From Macrostomum lignano (lineage: Eukaryota), in NCBI GenBank assembly GCA_002269645.1, contig NIVC01000210.1, positions 1 to 64,000 on the forward strand: a stretch of DNA of 64,000 bases, given 5' to 3'. Within the stretch, counting starts at the first letter, position 1; each line of letters begins with the position of its first letter. The position numbers and the translations under genes were made by a program. A model generated the notes under the pieces. It was not told the DNA's origin. It saw only the letters and a list, made by a program, of their open reading frames with translations, and searched no databases. Positions 32,798-44,900 of the stretch are shown here, piece by piece.

Positions 32798-33969
32798 CAC
32801 CAAGCACCAAGCACCAAGGGGCTTTAGCACCAAGGGGCTTTAGCACCAAGAGGCTTTAGCACCAAGGGGCTTTAGCACCAAGGGGCTTTAGCACCAAGAG
32901 GCTTTAGCACCAAGGGGCTTTAGCACCAAGGGGCTTTAGCACCAAGAGGCTTTAGCACCAAGGGGCTTTAGCACCAAGGGGCTTTAGCACCAAGGGGCTT
33001 TAGCACCAAGGGGCTTTAGCACCAAGGGGCTTTAGCACCAAGGGGCTTTAGCACCAAGGGGCTTTAGCACCAAGGGGCTTTAGCACCAAGGGGCTTTAGC
33101 ACCAAGAGGCTTTAGCACCAAGGGGCTTTAGCACCAAGGGGCTTTAGCACCAAGGGGCTTTAGCACCAAGGGGCTTTAGCACCAAGGGGCTTTAGCACCA
33201 AGGGGCTTTAGCACCAAGGGGCTTTAGCACCAAGGGGCTTTAGCACCAAGGGGCTTTAGCACCAAGGGGCTTTAGCACCAAGGGGCTTTAGCACCAAGGG
33301 GCTTTAGCACCAAGGGGCTTTAGCACCAAGGGGCTTTAGCACCAAGGGGCTTTAGCACCAAGGGGCTTTAGCACCAAGGGGCTTTAGCACCAAGGGGCTT
33401 TAGCACCAAGGGGCTTTAGCACCAAGGGGCTTTAGCACCAAGGGGCTTTAGCACCAAGGGGCTTTAGCACCAAGGGGCTTTAGCACCAAGGGGCTTTAGC
33501 ACCAAGGGGCTTTAGCACCAAGGGGCTTTAGCACCAAGGGGCTTTAGCACCAAGGGGCTTTAGCACCAAGGGGCTTTAGCACCAAGGGGCTTTAGCACCA
33601 AGGGGCTTTAGCACCAAGGGGCTTTAGCACCAAGGGGCTTTAGCACCAAGGGGCTTTAGCACCAAGGGGCTTTAGCACCAAGGGGCTTTAGCACCAAGGG
33701 GCTTTAGCACCAAGGGGCTTTAGCACCAAGGGGCTTTAGCACCAAGGGGCTTTAGCACCAAGGGGCTTTAGCACCAAGGGGCTTTAGCACCAAGGGGCTT
33801 TAGCACCAAGGGGCTTTAGCACCAAGGGGCTTTAGCACCAAGGGGCTTTAGCACCAAGGGGCTTGAGCACCAAGGGGCTTTAGCACCAAGGGGCTTTAGC
33901 ACCAAGGGGCTTTAGCACCAAGGGGCTTTAGCACCAAGGGGCTTTAGCACCAAGGGGCTTTAGCACCAA
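32798..33969. repeat. 16-bp tandem array (GCACCAAGGGGCTTTA)n, about 72 units
   Basis: Direct reading; near-homogeneous, with a few AAGAGGC variants. Confidence 0.98.
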
Positions 33970-35791
33970 AAGTCCAAGCTCTGACTCATATCTACTATCA
34001 GTTCCCTTTTATATTTCCCTATTAGACAAAAGGGCAAAAGAAGATTCTCAGAATATTTGTTTGGATAGCCAATTCATCTGGATCCCATTTAGCTCCACTC
34101 TGCCACAAGTATTCCATGAGTTTATATGCTATCGTGATATGATTCCGCTATCTTCCGAACGGAAAGTTGCAAAAGTCAAAATTCCATGTCACCTACATGT
34201 AGCTCTTCCTGCCATTCACAAATCCAATTCGAGGATAGCATGGAGGATTCGAGGATAAAGCTGGACAGTCAGAAAAAATCATGCAGTTTAGATGGAATTT
34301 CTACATCTACCTCATAAATTGTATGCATTGAGAAGTCCCTTATTTAATTAAATTCTGTCAGCCATCGCAAATATGTAACAATTGTTTCCAGATTCATTTG
34401 CCAGCCCGAAAGATTATTCGGCTCAGGTATAACATTGATTTTTTCAGAGCGGGGCAGTAGTGCTTGCGCTGGTCTCTTTCCTGTATTTTCTTTTCCGCTC
34501 TCCTCATGGGCGCGCTGGATTAAGCGAGAACCGCAGCACGAAAGAAGATCTCTAACATTTTTGGTAGCTACAGCTACCAAATCCTCAGTGGCCACCCTTT
34601 GTATAACAAAGGAATGTGGAGGGCAGGTGGGTTAAGCAAAAAAAGCATTCTTGTTTTCCCACCGTGTGTCTGGGCTTCAATGCAGCGAAGTCAAGCAGGT
34701 CCAACATGTTCAATGAGGAGGTCCAAAGCTTGGATGAAAAAAATCGATATTACTCGGCTCTGCATGATACAATATCGATTTTTTCAGAGCGGGTGGCTGC
34801 AGTAGTGTTTGCCCCGATCTCTTTCCGGCCTTATCTTCTCTCTTTTCTCCTCGTGGGTACCCTGGAGAGAGCGTCTCCAGCATTTTTCAGCAGTTATCCA
34901 GACAGCACAGCTTCAGTGTAGTGGATTTTTTACCTTTGTCAGAAGCCAGGTCTTGAGACAAGAATTTGGCCTCCAGGGTCTTCAGGTGCATACGCGTAGA
35001 ATATTTTGAGTTTCTATAGAAGCCTTCTAATTTCAGCAAAGTTACTGTAAATTTAAAGTGCCATGAAATTTATTTATTAGCTACCTTGTACAGTTGATTC
35101 AATGTAGTTAATTCGGCATTTTAATTTCGACTTGGGACAGAACTTTTGCATGCACTGGAGCTCCTTCGGGCAACTGGCACTTGGAGTTCTACGAGCTAAT
35201 TAGACTCGTGCTGTTTATAATATAAATTTACTGAGACAGCTAGGAACATTTTTATGATACCTTATTTTTTAGGACGGACAGGACCATGTGCTGATGTTGA
35301 ATTACGTTGGGCAGCATAAGAGATAAAATACTTCTAATCCTTCTTTAGGAACAATGAACATGGAATTAATCGGATTATGGTGGCAGGGGAAAATTCTCTT
35401 AAGTATTATGTTGGAAGATATTCGAGCTCATTCGAAACCCGCATACTACCGATATCTGTAGTAATAACGAATATAGAATCCACGCAATTACGAAGGAAGC
35501 GAATTATTCCCCATTATGCTTACCACTTGTCTACCCAATCAAGTAACCCGAATTGAAGCAGGAGTTGATGAGCAGGTTGCAGCAGCCGGAGGCTTTTTGT
35601 TAGATTTCCTCATTCGCTGCGTCAATCTTCGCCAATGAATGCCAAGGCATCACAGGAGAGTCTACTGATACAGATAAATACCAAAGTCCACAGTAAGCTA
35701 CAACATCCCGCGTTTTCGCTCCCACAGCGGCAAAAAGAACGATTTCTGCATGTAAAGCTTTGCTGTTTTGCTTATCTATTCAGAAATAAAA

Positions 35792-36703
35792 ATGGGAACT
35801 CTACGTCTCATAACGCTAGTATTATATGCGATCGTGAGTACATTCTCTTCGAAAGTGATTGCTGATTGCACCCATAAGCAATTGCAGTACAAGCGACACG
35901 CATTTCGTCCGAACTGCTCTGACCTGATGACGCTGAGCACAGGAAGTGCTCAAGATTGCGTTATGGCTGCAGCTGTGTCTCCCGTCCAGTCTGCCGCGGT
36001 CGTGTCTACTTCCGAAGCCGAATGTCACGTGACCACCGCCCAGTGTCCTCGCTACCTGCTATGCTCCACCGACTGTCCCTACACTGTGCTCATGCCTGCC
36101 AGTGTACTCAACAGCCTCGAGCACATCGTGATGAGCGTGAAGGGCGGCTGTGGTTACAAGATATGGGACGTGCTGACTGGGTCGGCATTGCCACCTGACC
36201 CTGTTGTCCAGCTGGCCCCTCCCAGCGCAGCTGCCCTGCCGAACGTCTTCCGCTCGAGCGTGCTGGACGACATGCAGCGCCTGATCTCCGGTCTGACCTT
36301 CAAGCATCTCATCGTGCAGCTGTACAAGAGCTCCACCGTGGTTGTGAGGCTTGTGTTCGATGTCCGGACGAACTCCGCCAGTGTCAACCTGACGAACTGG
36401 TTCAGAAAGGAGCGTCTCGTACAGAACTTGCCGGTCACCAACCTCGCCAACATAAGCACGAACTTCTTCAGCATCGAGGGCGCCACTGACTATACAAACT
36501 TGAGAAGATTTTTCATTAACTATAGCTACGGCGGATGCGACATTGACAAAGGGTTTATGGCTATTCTAGATTCGAAAAATGATGTTTGCTCCATGTACCA
36601 GTTTTCAGAGCCGATTCCTCGCATTGTCTTCAGTTCAGATCCGACAAAGTCGATGGCCTCAACACTTCAAATTGCCGACTACATGGCTATTCTAGTGCGC
36701 TAG
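35792..36703 (+). CDS. Secreted protein family member 3 (close paralog of 30398-31309)
   Basis: Start MGTLRLITLV at 35792; long near-identical stretches with member 2 (STSEAECHVTTAQCPRYLLCSTDCPYTVL). Confidence 0.88.
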   Translation: MGTLRLITLVLYAIVSTFSSKVIADCTHKQLQYKRHAFRPNCSDLMTLSTGSAQDCVMAAAVSPVQSAAVVSTSEAECHVTTAQCPRYLLCSTDCPYTVLMPASVLNSLEHIVMSVKGGCGYKIWDVLTGSALPPDPVVQLAPPSAAALPNVFRSSVLDDMQRLISGLTFKHLIVQLYKSSTVVVRLVFDVRTNSASVNLTNWFRKERLVQNLPVTNLANISTNFFSIEGATDYTNLRRFFINYSYGGCDIDKGFMAILDSKNDVCSMYQFSEPIPRIVFSSDPTKSMASTLQIADYMAILVR

Positions 36704-37698
36704 TTTGATCTGTGCGTTCAGAATTGGTCACAATGCTGCTTTGACGGGCGAGTTATTGACACAAGTGATGTCGTCGGTGATCACTATGTGGCACTACTGA
36801 AAACTTTTTACTAAACCTCAAAGCTAACGTAATTTTCATTTTTGTTGCTGTTAAAGGTCAAAAAGTCTAATTTGGGTGTCAAATTTCTTGTCTCGTATCT
36901 ATAGTCAAGTATTTTATATAGATTTCTATACTTCTATCATTTTGTATCTCAAACTTGTTTATTGGGGGATATTAATCGCACGAACACCCCCGGCCCTACC
37001 GCGTTGGGAAACACACTAGGGGTCTTGTCGCGAGAGTTATAAGCTTAGGAGAAAAAAGCTGTGTTTCCAACAAAGAACTAATTTTTGCGTTTTTTGAACA
37101 GATCTGTTGTAAGCCGTTTCTATTTTTGTTTATTAGCTACTGAGAACGATCACATGTAACGTTATATTCGTCCATTGTTAATAAATTTTCTCTGCATTAT
37201 ATTCAGTGACAGCAATTTTAAAGAAGTCCCTTAAAGTAGCTAGCTTTCCTCTTCAAATACACTTATTGCCTCCCTTTGAGCTCTTTGCAAACAGAAAAGT
37301 AACGACTCTAAACTTTTTAAATTCACACCTTTTCAAGGCTTTGTATTGGAGCTCCTTAAAAAAAGAAAGTAAAGAGGTGCCTCAAACTTATGATTGGCAC
37401 ATAACTTTAAAATTAGCTAAACCTTTTTCACCTGTAAGAAATTCGTCAAAGAATGAGCAGCCATTTAGCACATATGGATTTAATTGCAATTTGCATCAGC
37501 AGATGCTGCAACTTAACAAGAAGATTCAGAATTGAAATCTGAAGTGCTACAAAAATTCTCATTGCAATTCTACCAGCTGCATAACTCTCATATTCGTATC
37601 TGCAATGTTATGATAGTTGCCTATTCTCACTACGTATTGACGAAGAAAAATATTCTAAGCAAAATTACAGGTGTATATACAATGCCTGTTTGTCTGCC

Positions 37699-37699
37699 C

Positions 37700-37767
<68 letters not shown>

Positions 37768-38230
37768 GCTTCAGGTCTGAATTTGGTGGCTACTGGTCTT
37801 CAGTCAGGCGAAACTCCTGGATTTTCAACAAGTGGCACCAGTTAACAAAGGACATCTACGAGTAGTTGGGAATTTTTACAGTGCCAATGGCCCAGCATCA
37901 ACAGTAGGGATTGGTCTCTCACGAATTTATACGTCATCGTGAAGCTATCGACATCGACGTCTTCAACACGTAGCACCGACACACTGTTGTGAATATGTCA
38001 GACTCGTTTTTATCATAGACCCTGTTGTGAACTTTAATGATATATAATACAATTTTCAATTCACCATGCGATACGAGTACCTCAGACGCAAGAAAATCTT
38101 TTAGACTGAATATTTGTTCACCAAGTGACACAGTCCATGTGGGTGTGCAACTCCTAAGTGCACACCGCTGACAAAAACCTGCGGATGAATGCCGTGCAGA
38201 TTTACGCGGACGGGGCAGTACTCAAGCATC
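37699..38230 (-). mobile_element. Degenerate LINE (CR1/L2-like) 3' end with (CAGA)n tail
   Basis: (TCTG)n at 37699-37768; the minus-strand remnant QIFSL...YIIK...YD...IF is weakly CR1-like. Confidence 0.4.
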
Positions 38231-38820
38231 CTATTTACCAAAATTTGAGCTCATTAGATCGATGAGACCAACAAAGACGGCGGCTTGCACCAGTGCAGTA
38301 GGATCAGTGTAGGCCGAATTGAGAGCAAAGCAAAACAGTTTATTTGTGAAAATTAATTTGAGTTGGTACGCTAGTAATACAAAATTTGACGTTATTAAAA
38401 ACAGTTAAACAGTTAAAAACAGATAAATTTGTCTGTTACTATGTCTGAATGATATTAGCAAAAGCACATTCACATAGTTTAAAACAGTAATAATGTAAAT
38501 TTATCGATAACAATATTAAAATATTATTTGTTACAATACTTCGTTCGTTATAACTAAAACACATCCACATTATTACAAATAGCTAGTCATAATTCATAAA
38601 ATAAAACTGTTTTCTACAATCTACAATACTGGATTTGTAACAAAACACTGCTTATTTTTCACATTGAGAAACAGCTTGCAGAGATGATTCCGTCTCAAAT
38701 TTTTTTCAAACGTACTTAGGCTTGAAGAGCCTAAACGATCTATGTAGAAGTACTGTTAAGTAATTTATAACGTATGAAAATGTAAAAGTATGGCCAAGTT
38801 AAAAACCAACTGCTTCTATG

Positions 38821-40110
38821 TCACTCGCAGACAGCGTACACGTCGAACTCGTCGTCATAAACGCCGATGAGGTCGTCAATGCCGCCGCAAGTGCCCACCA
38901 TCGTGCCAACAATGGTATCGATAGCACTTTTCGCCTTGTCAATTTCTCTCCTTTGTTCGTCAGTCGGCGGAGGTCCGACATTCTCAAGGCCGAAGGTCGC
39001 TTTGGAGGCCTCTACCAGACCCCGCAGCTGGTCAAATTTGGCTCTGGCGGCTCTCTGGTCATCAGAAGCGAGCGCTGCTTGCAGGGCGGCCGCCTCCGCC
39101 CGCTTGCGAACTGCCAAAGCGGCCCAGTCGGCCTTCGGTGTGGCGGAGTTCAACAGGTCCTGAAGGCGCTTCTTCTCCATGTCGAGAAACTCAATCAGAC
39201 CCACGATGAGGCTGTTCCAGGGCTGCAGTGAAGCGTTGACTCGGTCAGCCTCTGCAGTTTGTTGCTGCACCCGATCGACCAGATTCGTACAATCGGCCTT
39301 GCGTTGAATTGATTTATTAAAGTTTGAAATATTGTATAAAAAGTGTAAATAAAGACTACTTCTGAAATTCAAAATTGCTAACTGTTGAGTCGACGTAAAA
39401 AATTCCAGTATTTGCAGCGGCAGAATGCTCTCGTACTTGACGTTTCATGCAAAGCAAGCAGAACAGGGAATAAACGTCAAACATTCCACTAGAGGCAAAT
39501 TGAAACGACTTTAATGCTGACTTTTACCTCGAACTGCATCCAATGAATGCTGAAGTGCCGGCTGCACAGCCGCCTGTCGCAGTGCCTGCACTTGACGAAG
39601 ACAGGGATGGTGCACTGGCCAGCTTCGTCCTTCCACCGGCAGGTGGCGCCCTCTTGGGGTATCAGGTGAGAGGAACTGATGAGCCTCTCCATTGTGCTGT
39701 TCTGTAGCGGTTTGGTGCTAAGCTGGCTCCTGCATATTGGACAAGTGCTGGCTTCCCGAAGAAGCCGCTCGTAGCAGGGACGGCAGAGCGTGTGATGACT
39801 CGCACACACGTAGAGAGGGTCAGTGAAAGTTCCCAAACACACAGGGCATTCTAGGTCTTTGTTAGTTTCTTCACCTGATTAAGATTGGATCGAATTGTAG
39901 AATGAGAAAAATCTTTTGAAAAGCACCAATTATTCCACAATAAAACGACTAATCTTATATATTATATTATAGCAGTGCATTGTAATACATAGTAGGGCCT
40001 TAATATAGTGCAAACCAATTTGAAAACTAACAAATCAGCATAAAAAATTTACCTGCATCGGTTTCATATTGACTGTAACAAAGGTTCAAATATACTCTTG
40101 AATCAGCCAT
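38821..40110 (-). CDS. TRIM-like copy 3: RING + B-box-like + coiled coil, intact (293 aa)
   Basis: Exons 40053-40110, 39528-39874 and 38821-39297 sum to 882 nt in frame; intron phases match copies 1 and 2. Confidence 0.82.
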
Positions 40111-41454
40111 GCCGTAATTTCTCAAACACCAACAAATTGGAGATTAAAAAGTCGTTTTCAATTTTTAACCAAAAGTTTAAACGGCCTAAAACACTTATGT
40201 AGAAATAAAAAGCAAGCAGTCCACAGGATGTACCGTCTTTATTATTCTTGCACTTTTCAGAAGCTTTTTTTCTTTTGATAGATTGTACGTACGAGAAAAT
40301 AACAAAACTCGTTTTTTAGTTTCTATTTTTAGAAGCAGATAAAATAGCTTAGTTATTAATGTTTCTTTCGCCAACTCAGTACTGTATGCATACTGCATGT
40401 AAATCCAGATTCAGTGGCTGCAATGCATTGGAAAAATAAAAGAAGCATCCTTAAGCATTTTACCACCATATAACTTCATTGCCAAAGTAGCCTCGAGGTG
40501 GCCTCGTGTCAGCCAGCGATACGGTAATACCTGCAGTTATCGCTGAAGATGGGTTGGATAGAAAACTGTTAATGCGAAGTAGAGGCTGCGGTAAAAAAGA
40601 TGCTTGAGAAGGCAGTGCGACCTTGTTGAGAATTCCGTTTCTTTTAATGCAGTGCTGTTGTCATTTAAAGATATTTTATGCATTCAGAGTACATTTTTGT
40701 GCAGCGGAGGGCAGTTGCAATAGCATCTGTTTTTATCGGAGAGGTACTTTATTTTACATCTGCCTTTTATTCCTACAATTTACGAGCGTATTATCTTAGC
40801 CTTGAAGAAACGCTTCTCATCGTACAATCAAACTCTGTAGCTGCCACTTTTGGCTTTCTGATTTTTGGTGCTAATTACGGAGGAGCAATGCTTTTGGCTT
40901 TGCCAAAGCTAGTTCTGTTTAGCTAATCTCTCCAGTTCACGGTGGGCTCTTCTTTGAGCCTGAAGTTGAACGTAAAAAGGCTTAGTGTCAAAAATAAAAG
41001 AAGCGTGCTGTCAAACATAAGACCAATGAGTTATTGCTGAGCTGTAAGGGCTCATGGGGGAATATCTGAAATGCCGTGACTTTCAGCAACTTACGGTTAA
41101 AGATAGGGTTAAAGTTAGGATTAGGAACCCTTAGGGTTAAAAAATGAAACGATGTCAAGACTCATGAGGGAATTTCTGAAATGCTGTGGCTCGTAGGGGT
41201 TGCTCAGATGCCAAAGGTCAATTGCGAGTTGTTGGTAGGCCAAGCCAAAGGTATAGATCAACGGGAGAGTTGAGATGAAGCCATGGCCTTAAGGGAGGCT
41301 TTGAAAGCTGCTTTGATATATAGGTCGCCTTTTCTGCATTAGAAAGCATATGAGAAGCTTCTGCAAAGCTTCGCTTTTGTGAAATGAAATCAAACGATTA
41401 ACATAATTTATAATTTAAATTAGACAAGATGTTTTACTTTCTAATAATAATAAT

Positions 41455-41716
41455 AATTATTGATTACACCTGCCAGATGTGCAACCGACAGCTCAGCCGC
41501 AGCTATTGCGCGGCGCATCTGAAGGCTGAGTACGGCTGTTCAGTCCAAGGACTGGGGCAGCTAATACTGGCACCCATTTTACAGCTTGCGTGAACTGAAG
41601 CAGTGCAGAGTTTAAGTATCTTGCTCAAGGACACAAATTGTTCCAGGGGATCAGAAATGGAACCCCCGACCTTCAGGTCGTGGGTCCGACGCTCTAACCA
41701 CTAGGCTACTATACCC
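41455..41716 (-). mobile_element. tRNA-derived CORE-like SINE
   Basis: Minus strand: A box TAGCCTAGTGG, B-box-like GGTTCCATTTC, CORE-like GAGCAAGATACTTAAACTCT...CTGTAAAATGGG. Confidence 0.85.
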
Positions 41717-43569
41717 TTTTTATTGAATATACTTTCAAGAAAAAAGAATATTTAATATCTATTTTTGTATTCTCCACCAGCCTTTATTCTCCACTAGATT
41801 TACTTGATCTTGATGGAACTTGATCTGGATACTGCAGTTGACACCCATGCAGCTTTACATGTACAGCCAGAATTGTAACGAAAATGTTGCAAATTTTTGT
41901 AAGATTTATTTGTTTCCAGTTTAAAGCTATAGGCTCGGTTCATTATTTGAATTCAGATTCAGATCCGGTTGTGAAACTCAAATAAGAAATCTACATGTGG
42001 CAGCTGCTTTACTTGTGAGAGTTTGCATTCGGCATCGTGTTGGTGCGACAGGCAAACGTTTATATTAGCAACTGCTAACCCTGCTATTTAACACCGATCC
42101 AGACGGGCTAACTAAAATTTTTCCCAGCACGCTCAGTTTTTTTGTGGATGCTGCAAAATGGAGGTTCTATCCTATATTGAGTTTCGATGGGGAGGCGGCT
42201 TGCTGAGATACCAAGGGCCAATTGGTATTTGTTGTTAGGTCAAGCATAAAGGGAGAGTTATAGGGGAGGGGCAAAGGGAGTCTTTGATGGCAAAGCTCGC
42301 GTGGGTGATGCTTTATTGCCCAAAGCATCATTTCCCTAAAATACTAACAATAGCGACTGTACAAGATCATGGGGAAACTTCTAAAATTCTAAAATCCATT
42401 CTTTGTTGCCTCATCAATATAAGCGCTGATTGCTAGTATATCTTTCTAATAATTAGCAAGGCCATGCAAAGCTCAATTTAAAGATTTTAATGATCAAAAG
42501 AACCAGTTTTTGTCATGTCTAAATTATCTGTTACGAATATTGTGAAATATCTGCCCTGTCTTAACAGAAAGGAGACAGAAAAACTAATAATGGTGCTACT
42601 TTCGCAGATCCTTGTAAGTAGTATGATAGATATCACTACATTTACGCATCCAAAGCATTAAACTTGAAAGTGGAGCAAATCTTCATTGTCCAGTCAGAGG
42701 AAAAAATAGAAGAGGTCAGAGGTGAGAGATGCATTTAAAAGAGGTAAGAGAGAGAGAAGAGAGACCGAATGAAATTTATATGCAACATTCAGCTTTTATG
42801 ATTAGTTTATAATTTATAGTTTCACTAAATTAAGAGTTGACGTCACCAAGAACTGATACTGATACCTGCAATAATTTTGCGATTTCAGGGCCGGTTTTAC
42901 TGGCTCTGTAATCGGTTTTAGTGACCGGGGCCGGTGCCTCTGCCAAAGCTCATAGAGGTGAGGTTTGGGTGGGGGTGAGGGTGCGGTGTGTGCAGTGTGC
43001 GTTGTGTGGGGTGGTGGGGGTTGGGGTCACGCTGGCCCTTTTATTCGCGCCTTCTGCCCCTCAGTGTTGGCATGCTTGGCTAAATCTTTTTTCTGTGTGC
43101 TTGCCTTTGCATTTATCCTCTGCTTTTATCCCTCTGATTTTACCCGTTTGCTTGTACGAGCTAACACGTTGATTTCGAGTCAAATACACTCGCTTCGCTG
43201 GGTTCGTTTCGCCCGCTTTTTCGTCTTCTCCTTGTTCCTTTCGGCCCGGTTGGCTAAATTTTATCTTTTCACACCTTGACTGTTTTCATCTATCTACGAG
43301 CGTACTATCGTAGTATCTGAGAATAATCTAATCAAAAAGACGAAACATATACATGTAGGAAAAATAGGCAATGCACGAGGTTAAGACAAGCATATGTAGT
43401 TTCTTTGTCACATGTGAAAACTGCTTTCCATGCGCACACTTACGCTTCTTTTTTCGTCCAGTGTTGCCTAAACGAATCTTAAAACAGAAACGATGCCCCG
43501 GTATGACCACAGCAGCGCCCTCAACGCGTCCTTGAAGCCGTAGCCGTCCTGCAGGTGCGTCTACAGGCC

Positions 43570-44900
43570 GACGACTTTCAGTAATGGTTGAAGCGCTCGA
43601 ATGCAGCGTTGCCTTGCGGGTGGTAGTGCCGCGACTGGCGGTGCTGGGTGCCGCAGCGCTGGAGGAAGTTTTTGAAATCATCGGGCATGAACTGCGACCC
43701 GCCGTCCGTGCTGATGCTCTTTGGGAGTCCCCAGCGGCTGAACCACGTCGTTGGGGCGTTGATCACATCAGCTGTGGTCCCTGGGGACATGCAGGCTGCT
43801 TCTGGCCACTTCGAATGCGGGTCGTACAGCACCAGAATGAAGCGACATGAGTTCGGCGCCGAATGCAGCTCCCCGAAGATGTCGAGCTGAAGCTCCTCCC
43901 AAGGTCGCGTCGGCCACTTCGTCGGAGTCATCAGCCAGCACCGTTTTGGATGTCTTGAAGTTTTTCTCGCTGAGCAGGCAGGCCTCGCAGTGCCGCACGA
44001 ACTCCTCGATTTGGCTGTCGATCTGCAGCCACCAGACCGAGTCCCCGCAGTGCTGCTTCATTCTGCTCACTCCGAGGTGCTCAAAGTGGGCCAGCTGCAA
44101 CGTCGTCTTTCTCAACAACGCGGGGATCACCGCGCGCAACCCATTCGCCAGGCACTTGCCTTCGTTCCAGACTGTGAGCTGCTCCTTGATCCGCCAGAAC
44201 GGCTGCAGCTCCGGCCTAAAGCTGCTTGATGGAACTCGGCCAGCCCTCAAGCGTCATCTCGATCGCCTGGCTGATCACCGGGTCCTGTAGAGATGCCTCA
44301 GCCAGTTCGCTTGGGCTCACGATCTGCAGCGCGCCAGACCGCAGGACGGCGTTCACCTGGAGCTTCGCTGGGTCCTCCTCGCTGCTGTCGTTGCGCGCGC
44401 CGTGTTGCGACAAAAAGTCCGGAACGGTGTTCTTTTCCCCGGAACGTGGCAGACCTGGAAGTCGTACGCGTGCAGGCGGTCGGCCCACCGGTGCAGTCTT
44501 AATGGCAGGTGCCCGCTGCCCTGAGCCGTCAGCGACGTAGTCTGCGCTTGATGGTCCGTGTGCGACTCAAATCTCCGGCCGAACAGGAAATAGTGCCACC
44601 TCTCATAACTCTCATGCCTCTCGCATGCCAATGCCTCTCTTTCAGACGCGGAGTCGCTGACAGGGTTCGGGATGCAAACGCAACTGGTCTCCGGACGCCG
44701 GCGCAGTCTTCTTGAAGCAAAACTGAGGTCATTGCAGATTCGGATCTTACCGTCAGGATTTGGGACGACCACCAGATTCGAGATCCACTCGGATGCCTGG
44801 ATCTCCACGACGATCCTGTTGAGAGCCCCGTCCTCCAGAGCGACGCCTACAGCTGAACCCTGTTGGGAAGCTGCGACCCCCAGGTCCCCAGTAGAGCTCC
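43570..44900 (-). pseudogene. Ty3/Gypsy pol relic (RT fragment, RNase H, integrase) with deletions and frameshifts
   Basis: SEWISNLVVVP..DGKIRICND (RT); RPVAFASRTL, TDHQ, RLHRWADRL (RNase H); HLGVSRMK...WW...CEAC and PWEELQLDIFG...TDGGSQF...HPQGNAAFERFN (integrase). Confidence 0.92.

Noticed and set aside
32798-33969. Possible CRISPR array
   Set aside because: Contiguous 16-bp units without unique spacers, no cas genes, eukaryotic context.
37532-37865. ORFs containing (VCLS)n / (SVCL)n
   Set aside because: Translations of the (TCTG)n microsatellite.
41100-41145. Interstitial telomeric TTAGGG-like repeats
   Set aside because: Only a few degenerate units; not distinguishable from background.
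41660-41716. tRNA gene (A and B boxes), also at about 63690-63755
   Set aside because: These are SINE heads followed by CORE-like and tail sequence; no complete cloverleaf is evident.
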